A DNA stretch of 64,000 bases from Psammoneis japonica (Eukaryota). Below are positions 1 to 10,068 of the stretch, in pieces. Both the position numbers and the translations under genes were made by a program. Within the stretch, counting starts at the first letter, position 1. Each line of letters begins with the position of its first letter. The notes under the pieces are model-generated. The model was not told where the DNA came from. It was given only the letters and a program-made list of their open reading frames with translations, and did no database searches. The stretch spans positions 1-64,000 of the forward strand of contig QPGO01000243.1 of NCBI GenBank assembly GCA_008632985.1. Direction: 5' to 3'.

Positions 1-242
1 TGCTTCAACACGCACGCACACTTGCGCGCGAGCAAGCCACGCTGTTTCTTTTTATTCAATCATGAAGGAAACTTATTTATGGTTAGTCCAATGAGTCGAC
101 AGGCTCGTTCATGACCTCACGTTTTTTTGCTCCCCTCTTTTTTTTTTCTCACAACCACAACGTGTTGATCTTGAGAACGAAGTGTTGTTAGAGTTGTTGT
201 CCTGTGATTTTGTCTTTACCACACAAGAGCATATTATAAACC

Positions 243-2243
243 ATGTCGTCATCAACAAAAAGCAGCGCTGATACTACTACTACTACTACTACTCTTCCAC
301 CATGTCGAATGTTGTTGCGTTCCAAAGATGGTGTGGAGTTGTACAATGTTCCCTCTCCACCACTACAAGAACGAAATTGGTTACTCAAGGGTTCGACAAC
401 ACTCCAAGTCATTTCACCCAATGGAAAGTATGCGTATATTCATCAAGCCGGTGTGGGTGTCATCAAGTGTGATTTGGAACAATCGACAGTCCAGAAACCC
501 TTTTTGCAAAACTCGGAAAAGGTATCCTTCATGTGTTGCAGTCCCAAGGGCACGTATTTGCTCACGTGGGAAAAGCTCAATCCAAATCAAGATTCCAATC
601 TCAAGGTTTGGAATGCCGCTACGGGTGAATTGGAATGTGGCTTTGTTCAAAAGAATATTCGCAAAGACGCATGGCCCTACATTCAATGGACTCATGACGA
701 ACGGTATGCCTTTTTGCTGGCCACCAATGAAGTACGAGTCTATGAGGGCCATGCTTTTTCGTCTTTGAAACAGGAAGTTCGGTATATTGACAAGATGCGG
801 TGTCAGGGTGTCGTGAGCATGTCGGTTCCAGAAAAGGTTGCGGATGCTACTACTACTAGCGATAGTTATTTGCTTTCCGTCTTTGTTCCCACCACCAAGG
901 ACAAGCCGGGACGTGTGTCGTTGTTGCAATATCCATGCCAAGCAGCAGCCAAAACAAGCAGCAATAACCCACAAGGTTATCCCGCACTTGTTTCCAAGAG
1001 TCTCTATCAAGTCGAAGACGTGGCCGTCCATTGGTCACCCCGTGGCGATTCGGCACTCGTATCGATGCAAACCAGTGTCGATACCACGGGAGAATCCTAT
1101 TATGGATCCGCCACACTCTACTTGTTTACCACCAAGGACGTCTTGGCCGTACCACTTCCCAACAATAGCGGTGGCGGTCCCGTCTTGAATGTAGCATGGA
1201 TGCCCAATCCATCCAAACCACCGTGTTTTGGTGTTGAGAGTGGTAAAATGCCCAGCATGGCATCCCTCCATCACGGATCAACGGCCGAACCAATCTTTTT
1301 GTTTGGCAATGCCCATCGCAACACCATCTCCTGGTCACCCCATGGACGATTTGTGTGTTTGGCGGGATTTGGGAATTTACAGGGTGGCATGACGTTTTGG
1401 GATCGAAATAAACTCAAAGTCATTCCACAATATGAAGGTAATGGAAAAACGATTGAATTGCCGCAACCCGTGGCGCATTGTACCGTGGGATATGGATGGT
1501 CTCCCGATTCGAGACTCTTTTATTCCAGCACCACGAGTCCAAGAATGAATGTGGACAATGGTGTTTGCGTGTTCAAGTACAATGGACAAGAACTATCGAC
1601 GGCAGAACTGCCGTGGAAGAATGAATGGTATCAACCCGATCGTTTGTTGCAAGCCGAATTCTTGCCAGCAACAACGTGTGTATATCCCGATCGACCACAG
1701 AGTCCACCACCCAAGGGTGTGACTGTAGGTGAGGAGAGTGCTACTGCTAGTACTGCTGTTATAGCTCCTGTTCCCAAAAAACCCGCGGGTCGTTATGTTC
1801 CTCCCGGAGCACGTGGCAAAGCCAGTAGTGGCACAAGTTTAGCGGAACGCATGAGACGAGAAAAGGAATCGTCCATGATGGGTGCCACCAAAATCACAAA
1901 GACCTCGTCTCAAAGTATTGTGGGTGGCAACAAAAAGGTCATTCCAGGCATGGCACCCGAATCATCATCCAGCAACAACAAGAGTAGCAAGAAGAATGCA
2001 GCTCGAAAAGAACGTCTCAAGGCTGCCAAGGCCAAACAACAACAACAAGAAGAAGCGGCGGCTGCTGCCGCCAAGCAACAACAACAACAACCAGTGGATC
2101 CGGAAAAACGAGCTCGAAAAATCAAAAAGACTCTCAAACAAATTGAAGAACTCAAAGGCAAGGATGATTTGAATGAGGATCAAAAGAAAAAGATTGCCAA
2201 TGAAAAGAGTCTTTTGGATGAATTGGCAAAGTTAGGACTTTAA
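243..2243 (+). CDS. eIF2A: Eukaryotic translation initiation factor 2A (WD/beta-propeller)
   Basis: 666-aa intronless ORF with eIF2A motifs VDTTGESYYG, WSPHGRFVCLAGFGNLQG, TTSPRMNVDNG, YVPPGAR and a C-terminal coiled coil (EKRARKIKKTLKQIEELK). Confidence 0.93.
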   Translation: MSSSTKSSADTTTTTTTLPPCRMLLRSKDGVELYNVPSPPLQERNWLLKGSTTLQVISPNGKYAYIHQAGVGVIKCDLEQSTVQKPFLQNSEKVSFMCCSPKGTYLLTWEKLNPNQDSNLKVWNAATGELECGFVQKNIRKDAWPYIQWTHDERYAFLLATNEVRVYEGHAFSSLKQEVRYIDKMRCQGVVSMSVPEKVADATTTSDSYLLSVFVPTTKDKPGRVSLLQYPCQAAAKTSSNNPQGYPALVSKSLYQVEDVAVHWSPRGDSALVSMQTSVDTTGESYYGSATLYLFTTKDVLAVPLPNNSGGGPVLNVAWMPNPSKPPCFGVESGKMPSMASLHHGSTAEPIFLFGNAHRNTISWSPHGRFVCLAGFGNLQGGMTFWDRNKLKVIPQYEGNGKTIELPQPVAHCTVGYGWSPDSRLFYSSTTSPRMNVDNGVCVFKYNGQELSTAELPWKNEWYQPDRLLQAEFLPATTCVYPDRPQSPPPKGVTVGEESATASTAVIAPVPKKPAGRYVPPGARGKASSGTSLAERMRREKESSMMGATKITKTSSQSIVGGNKKVIPGMAPESSSSNNKSSKKNAARKERLKAAKAKQQQQEEAAAAAAKQQQQQPVDPEKRARKIKKTLKQIEELKGKDDLNEDQKKKIANEKSLLDELAKLGL

Positions 2244-3371
2244 AAAGAAGTGTTGTGTGTGTGTGAGCTTGTGCTTTTTGGAAAGGTTGACTATTAGAGT
2301 AAGAAAAAGGAAAGAGGCTGGTTTGGTAATGTTGGAACCTTCAGAATAGATTAGGAAGATAGTTTATTGCATGTTTCGATCGCAGTCTGAGGCACAAGCG
2401 TTTGAGGGGCTCGACGTGAAATATCTTACACTAGCTAGCTCCCGCAATATGCGCTTGTCACGGATGAATTACGTTGTTTCCAACTATAGTCGTCAGAGCA
2501 CCTGAACATCATGTTCTCGGCTCTTTGAGAAAGCGGCGATGTGAACCGTAGTTCCCGAATACACTCGGGAATTCTCTAGAGTCGTTATACGTTTGGTTCC
2601 TCTCGCTATTGCGACTGCAATAGCGCAGTCCAGTCGTTGATCTCGTTGTTGCGGCTACTGTCGCACATGCAGCACGAGTACCGTAAACCATCATCTTAAA
2701 GACACTCGACTTAACTGCGTGTACTCCAATTAAAAAGATCGCTCATTGAGCAAAGCGTTCCTTACTCACTGCACAATAAAGACATCGTCATAAACGATGC
2801 TACTGATGCATACTGTTATTCCCCAACTGACTACCACGCTGTGAACACCACTCGTGACTCAAGATGGAATAGGGATGAACGGATCAGTGTGCACGGATCA
2901 GGGAGCAATGTCAAGTACACAGTACGTAGGATCGGTACGTCAGAAATGAAGAGTGAACCTGCGAGAGAGTTTCAAGATCCACAACAAGTATTTCGCAACA
3001 GCGATTGCCATCAAACCATTATGGGCGTTCAGCAGATCCTCAGATCACTTTTTGAAATTTTGGCTTCCCCTCAGACATGTTAGACGTAGAATCCTACGGG
3101 GCTTTCGAACGGTCATTCGGGCATAAATAAATGTTGGGGCAATAGGTAATAGTGTTTCGTCCATCCGGTATTGAATCCAAAACCTCCGGCTCTGAGTATC
3201 TAAATAAAGGTTGCATAAGTATCTGCTGTTGTTCACCTTGGCAGTCCACAACAACACTTGGCAATTGAAGCATAATCCGAACACGACCTAGTCTTACCGG
3301 TACCTGAACTTTGAAAAAGAACTCACACATGACACAATTTTCTAACGACCGCATCGAAAAGGGTCGATAAG

Positions 3372-6162
3372 ATGAAGATCGTTAGCAAGGGAGTTTTACT
3401 CCTTCTCTCTCTAGCTTGTTGCGAAGCTACGGGTACGAAGACCTGTTGTTTTCTTGGCATCAATGACATTTGCGTTTATGTTCTTTTCTCACATTTTCGC
3501 TTTTGTGTTCTCGTTTTACCGCAGATCTCGCGACAAAGCTAGGGCTTACTGAGGAAGCACCAGAGAACAATTCCAGGAAGCTTCAAAACCTCCCTCTAAA
3601 ATCAGGGGTAAGAATCAAACATGAAGGGACAAGTGCTTTCATACGTCGATTTATTCTAATTATTCTTGTTCATTTGTCCTGTCAAACGTCGTACAGCTCG
3701 ACAAAATCGGAGCTTGTTGCTTTCCTGATCTCGGGAACACTTGTGGCATTGCCAACAAAGCCGACTGTCTTGCGGCGAACGGAAAATTCCAGGGCGGGAA
3801 CACTGAGTGTAACGAAGACGCAACATGTCCTGAAGAGCCTTCGCCTTCCCCGAGCCCCACCGTGTCCCCAGTTGTAAGAGGTGGAGCATGCTGTCTACGC
3901 GAAACAGAAGAGTGCAGAGTTACCAGGAATGAAGGAGTTTGTAACAGGAGATTCGGAGGTGAATGGCAGGGAAACGGAGTTAAGTGTAACGATGTTTCCT
4001 GTGCTGCAGCGACACCATCTCCTACCCCATTGGATTTTGAGACGGGTGCATGCTGCTTCCCGGACGGATCTTGTGGCAGCGTTGATGAAGCTACGTGTGA
4101 TGGTGATAGAGGTACCTACCAGGGAGCTGGTTCGGAATGTACAGACGCTAGCGTTGTTTGCACTGTCAAGCCTGGAGCCTGCTGCCTCCCCGACGGATCA
4201 TGTGAGCAATTCAAAAACAGGAGGAGGTGCACTAGAGAAGCCAATGGTGATTTCCAGGGCCCCGGTACCGAGTGTGATGACCCTGACATCTCTTGTACAG
4301 CGCCAGACACTCCGTCTCCTACCCCCGGTCCTGTGCCCGACACTCCTTCTCCAACTTCTGCACCCGAGACTCCCTCTCCAACTTCAACACCCGAGACTCC
4401 CTCTCCAACTTCTGCACCCGAGACTCCTTCTCCGACCGCAACGCCTAAGACTCCTTCTCCGACCCCACCATTGGACGTGACGGACGGCAGTTGCTGTTTC
4501 CCGGACGGAAGTTGCGGTGAGAATGTCGATGAGGACACTTGCGACTTTTTCAGAGGTATCTATAACGGCAATGGAAGCACCTGCGACAACGCTCGCTGTC
4601 GGCGTTTACCGGGGGCATGTTGTCTTCCTGATGGCTCGTGTACTTCAACGAGGAACCTGAATCAGTGCAAAAGAGCTGACGGAGACTATCAGGGAGCTGG
4701 TACTGAATGCGACGACAGTGATATTACGTGTCCAACTCGTCCACCCACTCCTGCTCCCACGCCATCTCCCACTCCTGCTCCCAAGACTCCGTCGCCAACC
4801 GCCTTGGATATTGAGGAAGGAGCATGTTGCTTCGAAGACGGGACCTGTCAGGACGTCGACGAAGACACTTGCGATAACGACGGTGGAATCTATCAGGGTG
4901 ACAAGACTGACTGCAACGATGACGCAATATGCCCTGCCCCAACCCCGGAGCCAACGGCGACACCGATTACCCCGAAGCCCACTAATCCTCCCCGCCAAGG
5001 CGGTGGCTGTTGTTTTGAAGATGGTGCATGCAAGAATCTCGTCAACCCCGCTAAGTGCACATCATTGGGAGGAAAGTTCCAAGGTGCTGGTAACAGATGC
5101 AAATTCATTACTTGTCCCGTCACAACTCCAGCACCAACCGCTACACCAAAAACGCCAGAACCAACTGCTGCACCCAAAACTCCAGAACCAACTCCTACTC
5201 CACCACCAGCTCCTGATCGCGGTGCCTGCTGCTTTACGAACGGCAGATGCAAGAACTTTAGAAAGGAACAGAGGTGCATCGCTTTGGGAGGGAAGTACCA
5301 GGGATTGGGTAATCGATGCCGTGACCTAACTTGTCCGATGCCTACTCCATCACCAACTCCGTTGGATATTATTGATCCTACTCCACCACCAACTCCTGAT
5401 CGCGGTGCCTGCTGCTTTGAAAACGGAAGATGCCAGAACTTTAGGAAGGAAAAGAGGTGCATGGATGTGGGAGGCGTGTATCAGGGATTGGGCAATCTAT
5501 GCCGTGACTTAACTTGTCCGAAGCCTACTCCAGCACCGACTCCGTTGGATATTGATCCTACTCCACCACCTACTCCAAAGCCGTCACTTTTCGGTGGCTG
5601 CTGTTTCAAGAGCGGCAAATGCAGGGACCTTAAATTTGCTTCGAGCTGCAGGTTGTTGGGAGGCAGATACCAGGGTCGGGGTAATTTATGCCGTGACCTA
5701 ACGTGTCCACGTCCAACCCGGCCACCGACGCCAGGAATACTTGGTGCATGCTGCATTGCTGTCCCGGATAAAACAAGCAGGAGTAAGGGTTTCAGCAAGG
5801 GCTTCAGGAGGTCCAAGGGCGGAAGTAGCAGCAAGGGCGGAAGCAAGAGTAAGGGCGGAAGCAAGAGTAAGTCCAAGGGTGGAAGCAAGAGCCGTATGAG
5901 GGACAGGGAATTAGGCTTCATCAGCTGGTATGGCAGCGGCAGTGGAAGCTCGAGCAGAGGTGATGGTGGCAGAACTTGCATACTTACCACCGAAAGGCTT
6001 TGTAAAGGCGAATGGCAGGGTGTGAACAGCCGTTGTAGACTCAATAAATGCCCTTCAAATGGATCCCCGAGCAAGTCCAAGGGCGGCAAGGGTGGATCCA
6101 AGTCTAAGGATGGATCCAAGTCCAAAGGCAAGGGCAAGGGTGGAAAACGGCAGCGCCGGTAG
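3372..6162 (+). CDS. Secreted Cys-rich repeat protein (12 GACC-type modules, Pro/Thr linkers, Gly/Ser/Lys-rich C-terminus); probable cell-wall or extracellular matrix protein
   Basis: ATG 3372 gives signal peptide MKIVSKGVLLLLSLACCEAT. GT-AG introns 3433-3524 and 3608-3696 join it in frame to ORF 3862-6162. Repeats G[AGS]CC-x-C-x-C-x-[YFW]QG-x-C-x-C; RXL motifs SRKLQ and DREL. Confidence 0.85.
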
Positions 6163-7982
6163 AGACTCACTCTAGTCGACAAGTGGGACCAACTCTAGAA
6201 AAGAAATTGAATGTGTAATAGTGTAATTCATGACATTGATTTTGTAAAACCAATGCCAGGTAGCGCTTTTCATAAAGCATCATTGACTCACCGTTGGTGT
6301 ACATCAATTCAACTCACCCGACAAGATAGTGAAGATTTTTCAACTGCTGTACTGCACTTTCTGACAGTTCGATTGGAGGGGTGGGTGGTAGGCTTATGGG
6401 TTTACGGTAGGAGCTGGGGCTCCCCAGTTTATTTTGTCTGGCGAGGTGGGTTATGAGCCACTAGGACGTACCAAGTACCACGTACCGTACCACGCACCGC
6501 ACCACGTAGCACGGACCACGACGAGCGAGCGCATGGTGCACAGTGCAGTGCTACACACAGTGCACGCAAACGAACCGCAATGGCAGACACCATCCATTGC
6601 AAGAAGATGCCATTGAACGAATATACCATGGAGCATGATGCGCCTGCTGCAGACGAGTCTTTTCTCTCCTGAGGAACTTGTTCAATGAGAATCAAACAAG
6701 AGTTCTCAGACAAGATCACACTCTCTCTCCTTCTTGCGTGCAACAAAAGGCCTGTCCAGGTGCCCAGCTGGCAGAGCAGACTGCAGTTTAATGTGTGCAA
6801 TAGATCGCATGATGGATGGTTTAACCTGCGCTGTAGGGTGTGATCCCTCTGGGTTTAACAGGCAGCATGATGATGTGTTCCAAAAACTGGGCCCCCACTT
6901 TTTTTGTCGGGGGGATTCCACGTTTTATCGCGAAGTGCTCCCCCCCCAAACCCATGAGCCCAGTGGGTGGGTGGGTGGGTGAAAGGTGTGGTTTTTGCTT
7001 GGTGTGCGTGACCCTTCGGCCTTCGTGTCAAATTAAAAAACAACGGTCGCAGCTTCACGTTCGCACGTCAACCAGGGGGTTGCTTTCACTGGTGTGAAAT
7101 GCGTGGATGAGAAACAGACTCCTCATGAGTGGAGGGTTCTCATGGGACCAGTTGAGTTGCTGGCTTTGGGAAGCCACAAGGTGGCATGTTTGAGCAGAAT
7201 GTTCAATTGTGGCACATGTGCAGAAACTCAGCAGGACAACAATCTGTGGCATGCAGCAGATCATGGCAATCAAAAGGTGCTTTGATTTGGGGGCCTTGTT
7301 TTGCAGCAAAATGACCTTTTTCTTTTGATGAAAGATCTGCTGCAAGAGATTTTTCTGGCATTTCTGTGCAAAGCCACAAGGTGGCACAGTTGAGTGGAGT
7401 GCTCAACAACGGCATGCAAAAACTCAGTGCCAAACAAAAAGCTGCCTGCTGCTCCTCTTTTTCTTGCAGAAGCTGTCTCTCTCTGCAGGTCTGGGCTTTT
7501 TGCAAGGATGTTTTGGGCAAAATCCACACACTTGGTGGCCAGTGCAGAGCATGTCTGCAAATGGCCATGGCATCTTAAAACACATTCATTCTTTCTTGAA
7601 AGATGACATTGCTGTGGCGGCAATTGAGAACGCCACTTTGTTGCCTCTGCAGAGCTCAGAATTCAACAGATTTCTGTTTGCTGCTCTAAAAAGGCAGGCC
7701 ATGATCATGTGCACAAACAAGCAAAGAAAGTGCAATTTTGGGATGAGTGAGTGTGGCTTCTGATGCCAACTCTGGAAAGAGTGCCCTGTGTTTTTTCCCA
7801 AAGAAAAGCTTGGACAAACTCCTCTCAAAAATCTTTGGAGCCACACACCTCCTGGTGGGAAAACCTCAGAGTCAAAAATGATGATGGCAGGATTTTTGGT
7901 CAAAACATCTTCTCGCCAGCAGCCTGGTCATCATGGCTGCATTTTCATGAGTTTGTTGTAGAGTGAAAGTCACAAAACCCAA

Positions 7983-8241
7983 GGCCTGTTCCAGCTCCAG
8001 GTGCTCCGCGTGGGTGTGATTCCCATCATTCGGAAATTTGTGCATTTGGCCCAATTGACTTTTTCAAAATCCGTTTTTGCCAAATCGAAGGGTGAGCACA
8101 CACTTTGCGCGCATTTTTGGGTGTACACTCACCTTTTGATTTTCGAAACGATCAAAATTGAAGGAGTTAATTGAGCTGAACTGCGCAGAAAATCGGCCTC
8201 TCGCGTGATGAAAAGTGGATCACCTGGAGCTGGAATGGGCC
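7983..8241. mobile_element. MITE-like element (~260 bp) with ~25-bp TIRs starting GGCC and an internal hairpin
   Basis: GGCCTGTTCCAGCTCCAGGTGCTCC (7983) vs GGATCACCTGGAGCTGGAATGGGCC (8217-8241); internal inverted repeat AAATCGAAGGGTGAG...CTCACCTTTTGATTT (~8082-8141). TSD not clean. Confidence 0.65.
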
Positions 8242-8947
8242 CCAAGCAAATCAATTTGTGTCAAGCCGCCAATGCTGCTTCACTGCAAAACTGTCAATGT
8301 CCACACCTGGGAGCACATTTTCTTCACAAAGAACACCGCATTTGCAAATCATGCAATGTTGCTCAAACACAACAGGGTCTGACTCCTCATTGTCCCTGCC
8401 CCCTCTCTTTTTTTTTGCTGCTTCCTTTTTGTGCTTGCATGACCCCCACCCTTGAAGTTGTCATCAACTTGCACAGAAGGTGGCACCTTGTTCACTTCTC
8501 TGGCTCTGAAAAGAACAGCCCAACAAAACTTTTTTCACACCTGTTTCAGATCTCGACTTTCGATTTTTGTGGTCAGCAAGAAAAGCTGGGGATGAATTTG
8601 TGCTGCTCAAAATTGCTTGCACTCAAAGCCTGCTGTGTCTCAGAGAACAAGTGGCGCACTTGTGGTGTGCCTCTTTTTCAACTCCAAAACATGAGTTGTG
8701 CCCTCTTCTGCACAATGCCCAGGTTGTTTTTCATTGTGAGCACCACCGCTGAAAAGTGCACATTTGTGTTGCTTCTGTGGCGATGCCCTCCATGACTTTT
8801 TGGTGCTTGTTGTGTTGTCTTGAGGAGCTTCAGTGCAGCATGATGCCCTGCTTGTGCCTTGCCTGCCTTGATGCCATCACTGCCTTTTTGTCAGTGTCAG
8901 GCAACTCAGCATGGTTGCGCACTCCTGCTGTGTTCTTTTTCTTTCAA

Positions 8948-9175
8948 AGACCATCTGGGGGAAGTCTCCAGCCAGCTGCTGGCTGAAAAAAGTCTGCTCG
9001 TCAGTGCGTTTGGGGGTTTTGCAAGCACATTTTTTACGTGCACAGAAGAAGACGAGTCTGTCCAGCGTTCACCAAAACCCCCTGACGCACAGATTGACAG
9101 ACTCTTTCAGTGCAATTTCCACACAAAATTCTTCAGCCAGCAGCTGGCTGGAGTCTTCCCCCACATCCTTGGTCT
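8948..9175. repeat. Fold-back / MITE-like inverted repeat (~230 bp)
   Basis: GGGGGAAGTCTCCAGCCAGCTGCTGGCTGAA (~8957-8987) is the near-perfect reverse complement of TTCAGCCAGCAGCTGGCTGGAGTCTTCCCCC (~9132-9162); inner arms TGCGTTTGGGGGTTTT / AAAACCCCCTGACGCA. Confidence 0.7.
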
Positions 9176-9397
9176 GCTTTCTTCCAAAAAGGATTTCGAG
9201 AGCTTGTCAAGAGCCAACGATTTGGTGCTCTTCTTCACAAAAAAAGGATCTCTCCATCATCAGTGACTTTTTGGAAAAAGAAGTCGACCACATCGATGCA
9301 TCTGCCGGCATCTATCCGGTTCACACCCCGGCAGTCTGTCCCTCCCTCCCTCCCTGCATGCATGGGTGTGCATTTTGGATTTACGATCATCGTGTCA

Positions 9398-9962
9398 CTG
9401 TAGAGTGCGCGAAACGTCAGAATTGCGCGTTGGCGAAAACCACAACTTTTTTTCTCTCCTCCCACAGCCGCACATCCCGAGTTTTGCAATTGACGACGCT
9501 TTTGGCCTCAAACGGCGGCGAACAAGGCATCGGCAGAACCGCAATCATTGCAAGAACATGTGCATTGCTTTGTTTGTGAAAATCCGTAATGAGTTCGTCG
9601 AGAAAAGTGAATCTCGCAGTCGTTTTGCGTGCAATTTCGTGTTGGGTGTTCCCGAGAACGCGATTGCTTTTTCAATTTGGGCGTCATCCTCGTACGGAGA
9701 AACGCTGAATCACAGCTTTGTTGTAACACACATCTTGCCCACATGCTGGATCTTGGGATGCGTCTGTCTCGGCGTCACGACAAATCGTTTTATTGCTCAT
9801 TTTTTGGTCGCTGCTGTGTGTTGTGTTTGCTGGAGCTCATTGTTGTTGCTTCAAAGAGGATCCGCTCCGGGCCATCCAAGGCATGGAACGTCTCTTTGTT
9901 GTGTTTAAAAGAGATTCGTTGCTTTGAATTTTTCAAAACGGGGATCTCGGCGTCGTGAAATC
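9398..9962 (+). repeat. Left terminal inverted repeat (~565 bp)
   Basis: Reverse complement of 13951-14510 over its whole length, differing mainly by transitions. Confidence 0.93.
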
Positions 9963-10068
9963 GTTGTGTGTCGTCGGTGTTGTTGCCGCAGCATCCGTCT
10001 GTCATGGCTCCAACGGCATGTTTGCCTTTTCTCGTTCCTTGAGTGCAGGTTTTGCATCACGTGGCACC

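Noticed and set aside
4300..4470. Short direct repeats resembling a CRISPR array
   Set aside because: In-frame 27-nt coding repeats (PETPSPTSA); no spacers, no cas genes, eukaryotic context.
4116..6182. Long antisense ORFs over the GACC-repeat gene
   Set aside because: Shadow frames of repetitive coding sequence.
6965..6979. (GGGT)4 G-quadruplex-capable motif
   Set aside because: Single microsatellite in degraded repeat DNA; no supporting evidence of function.
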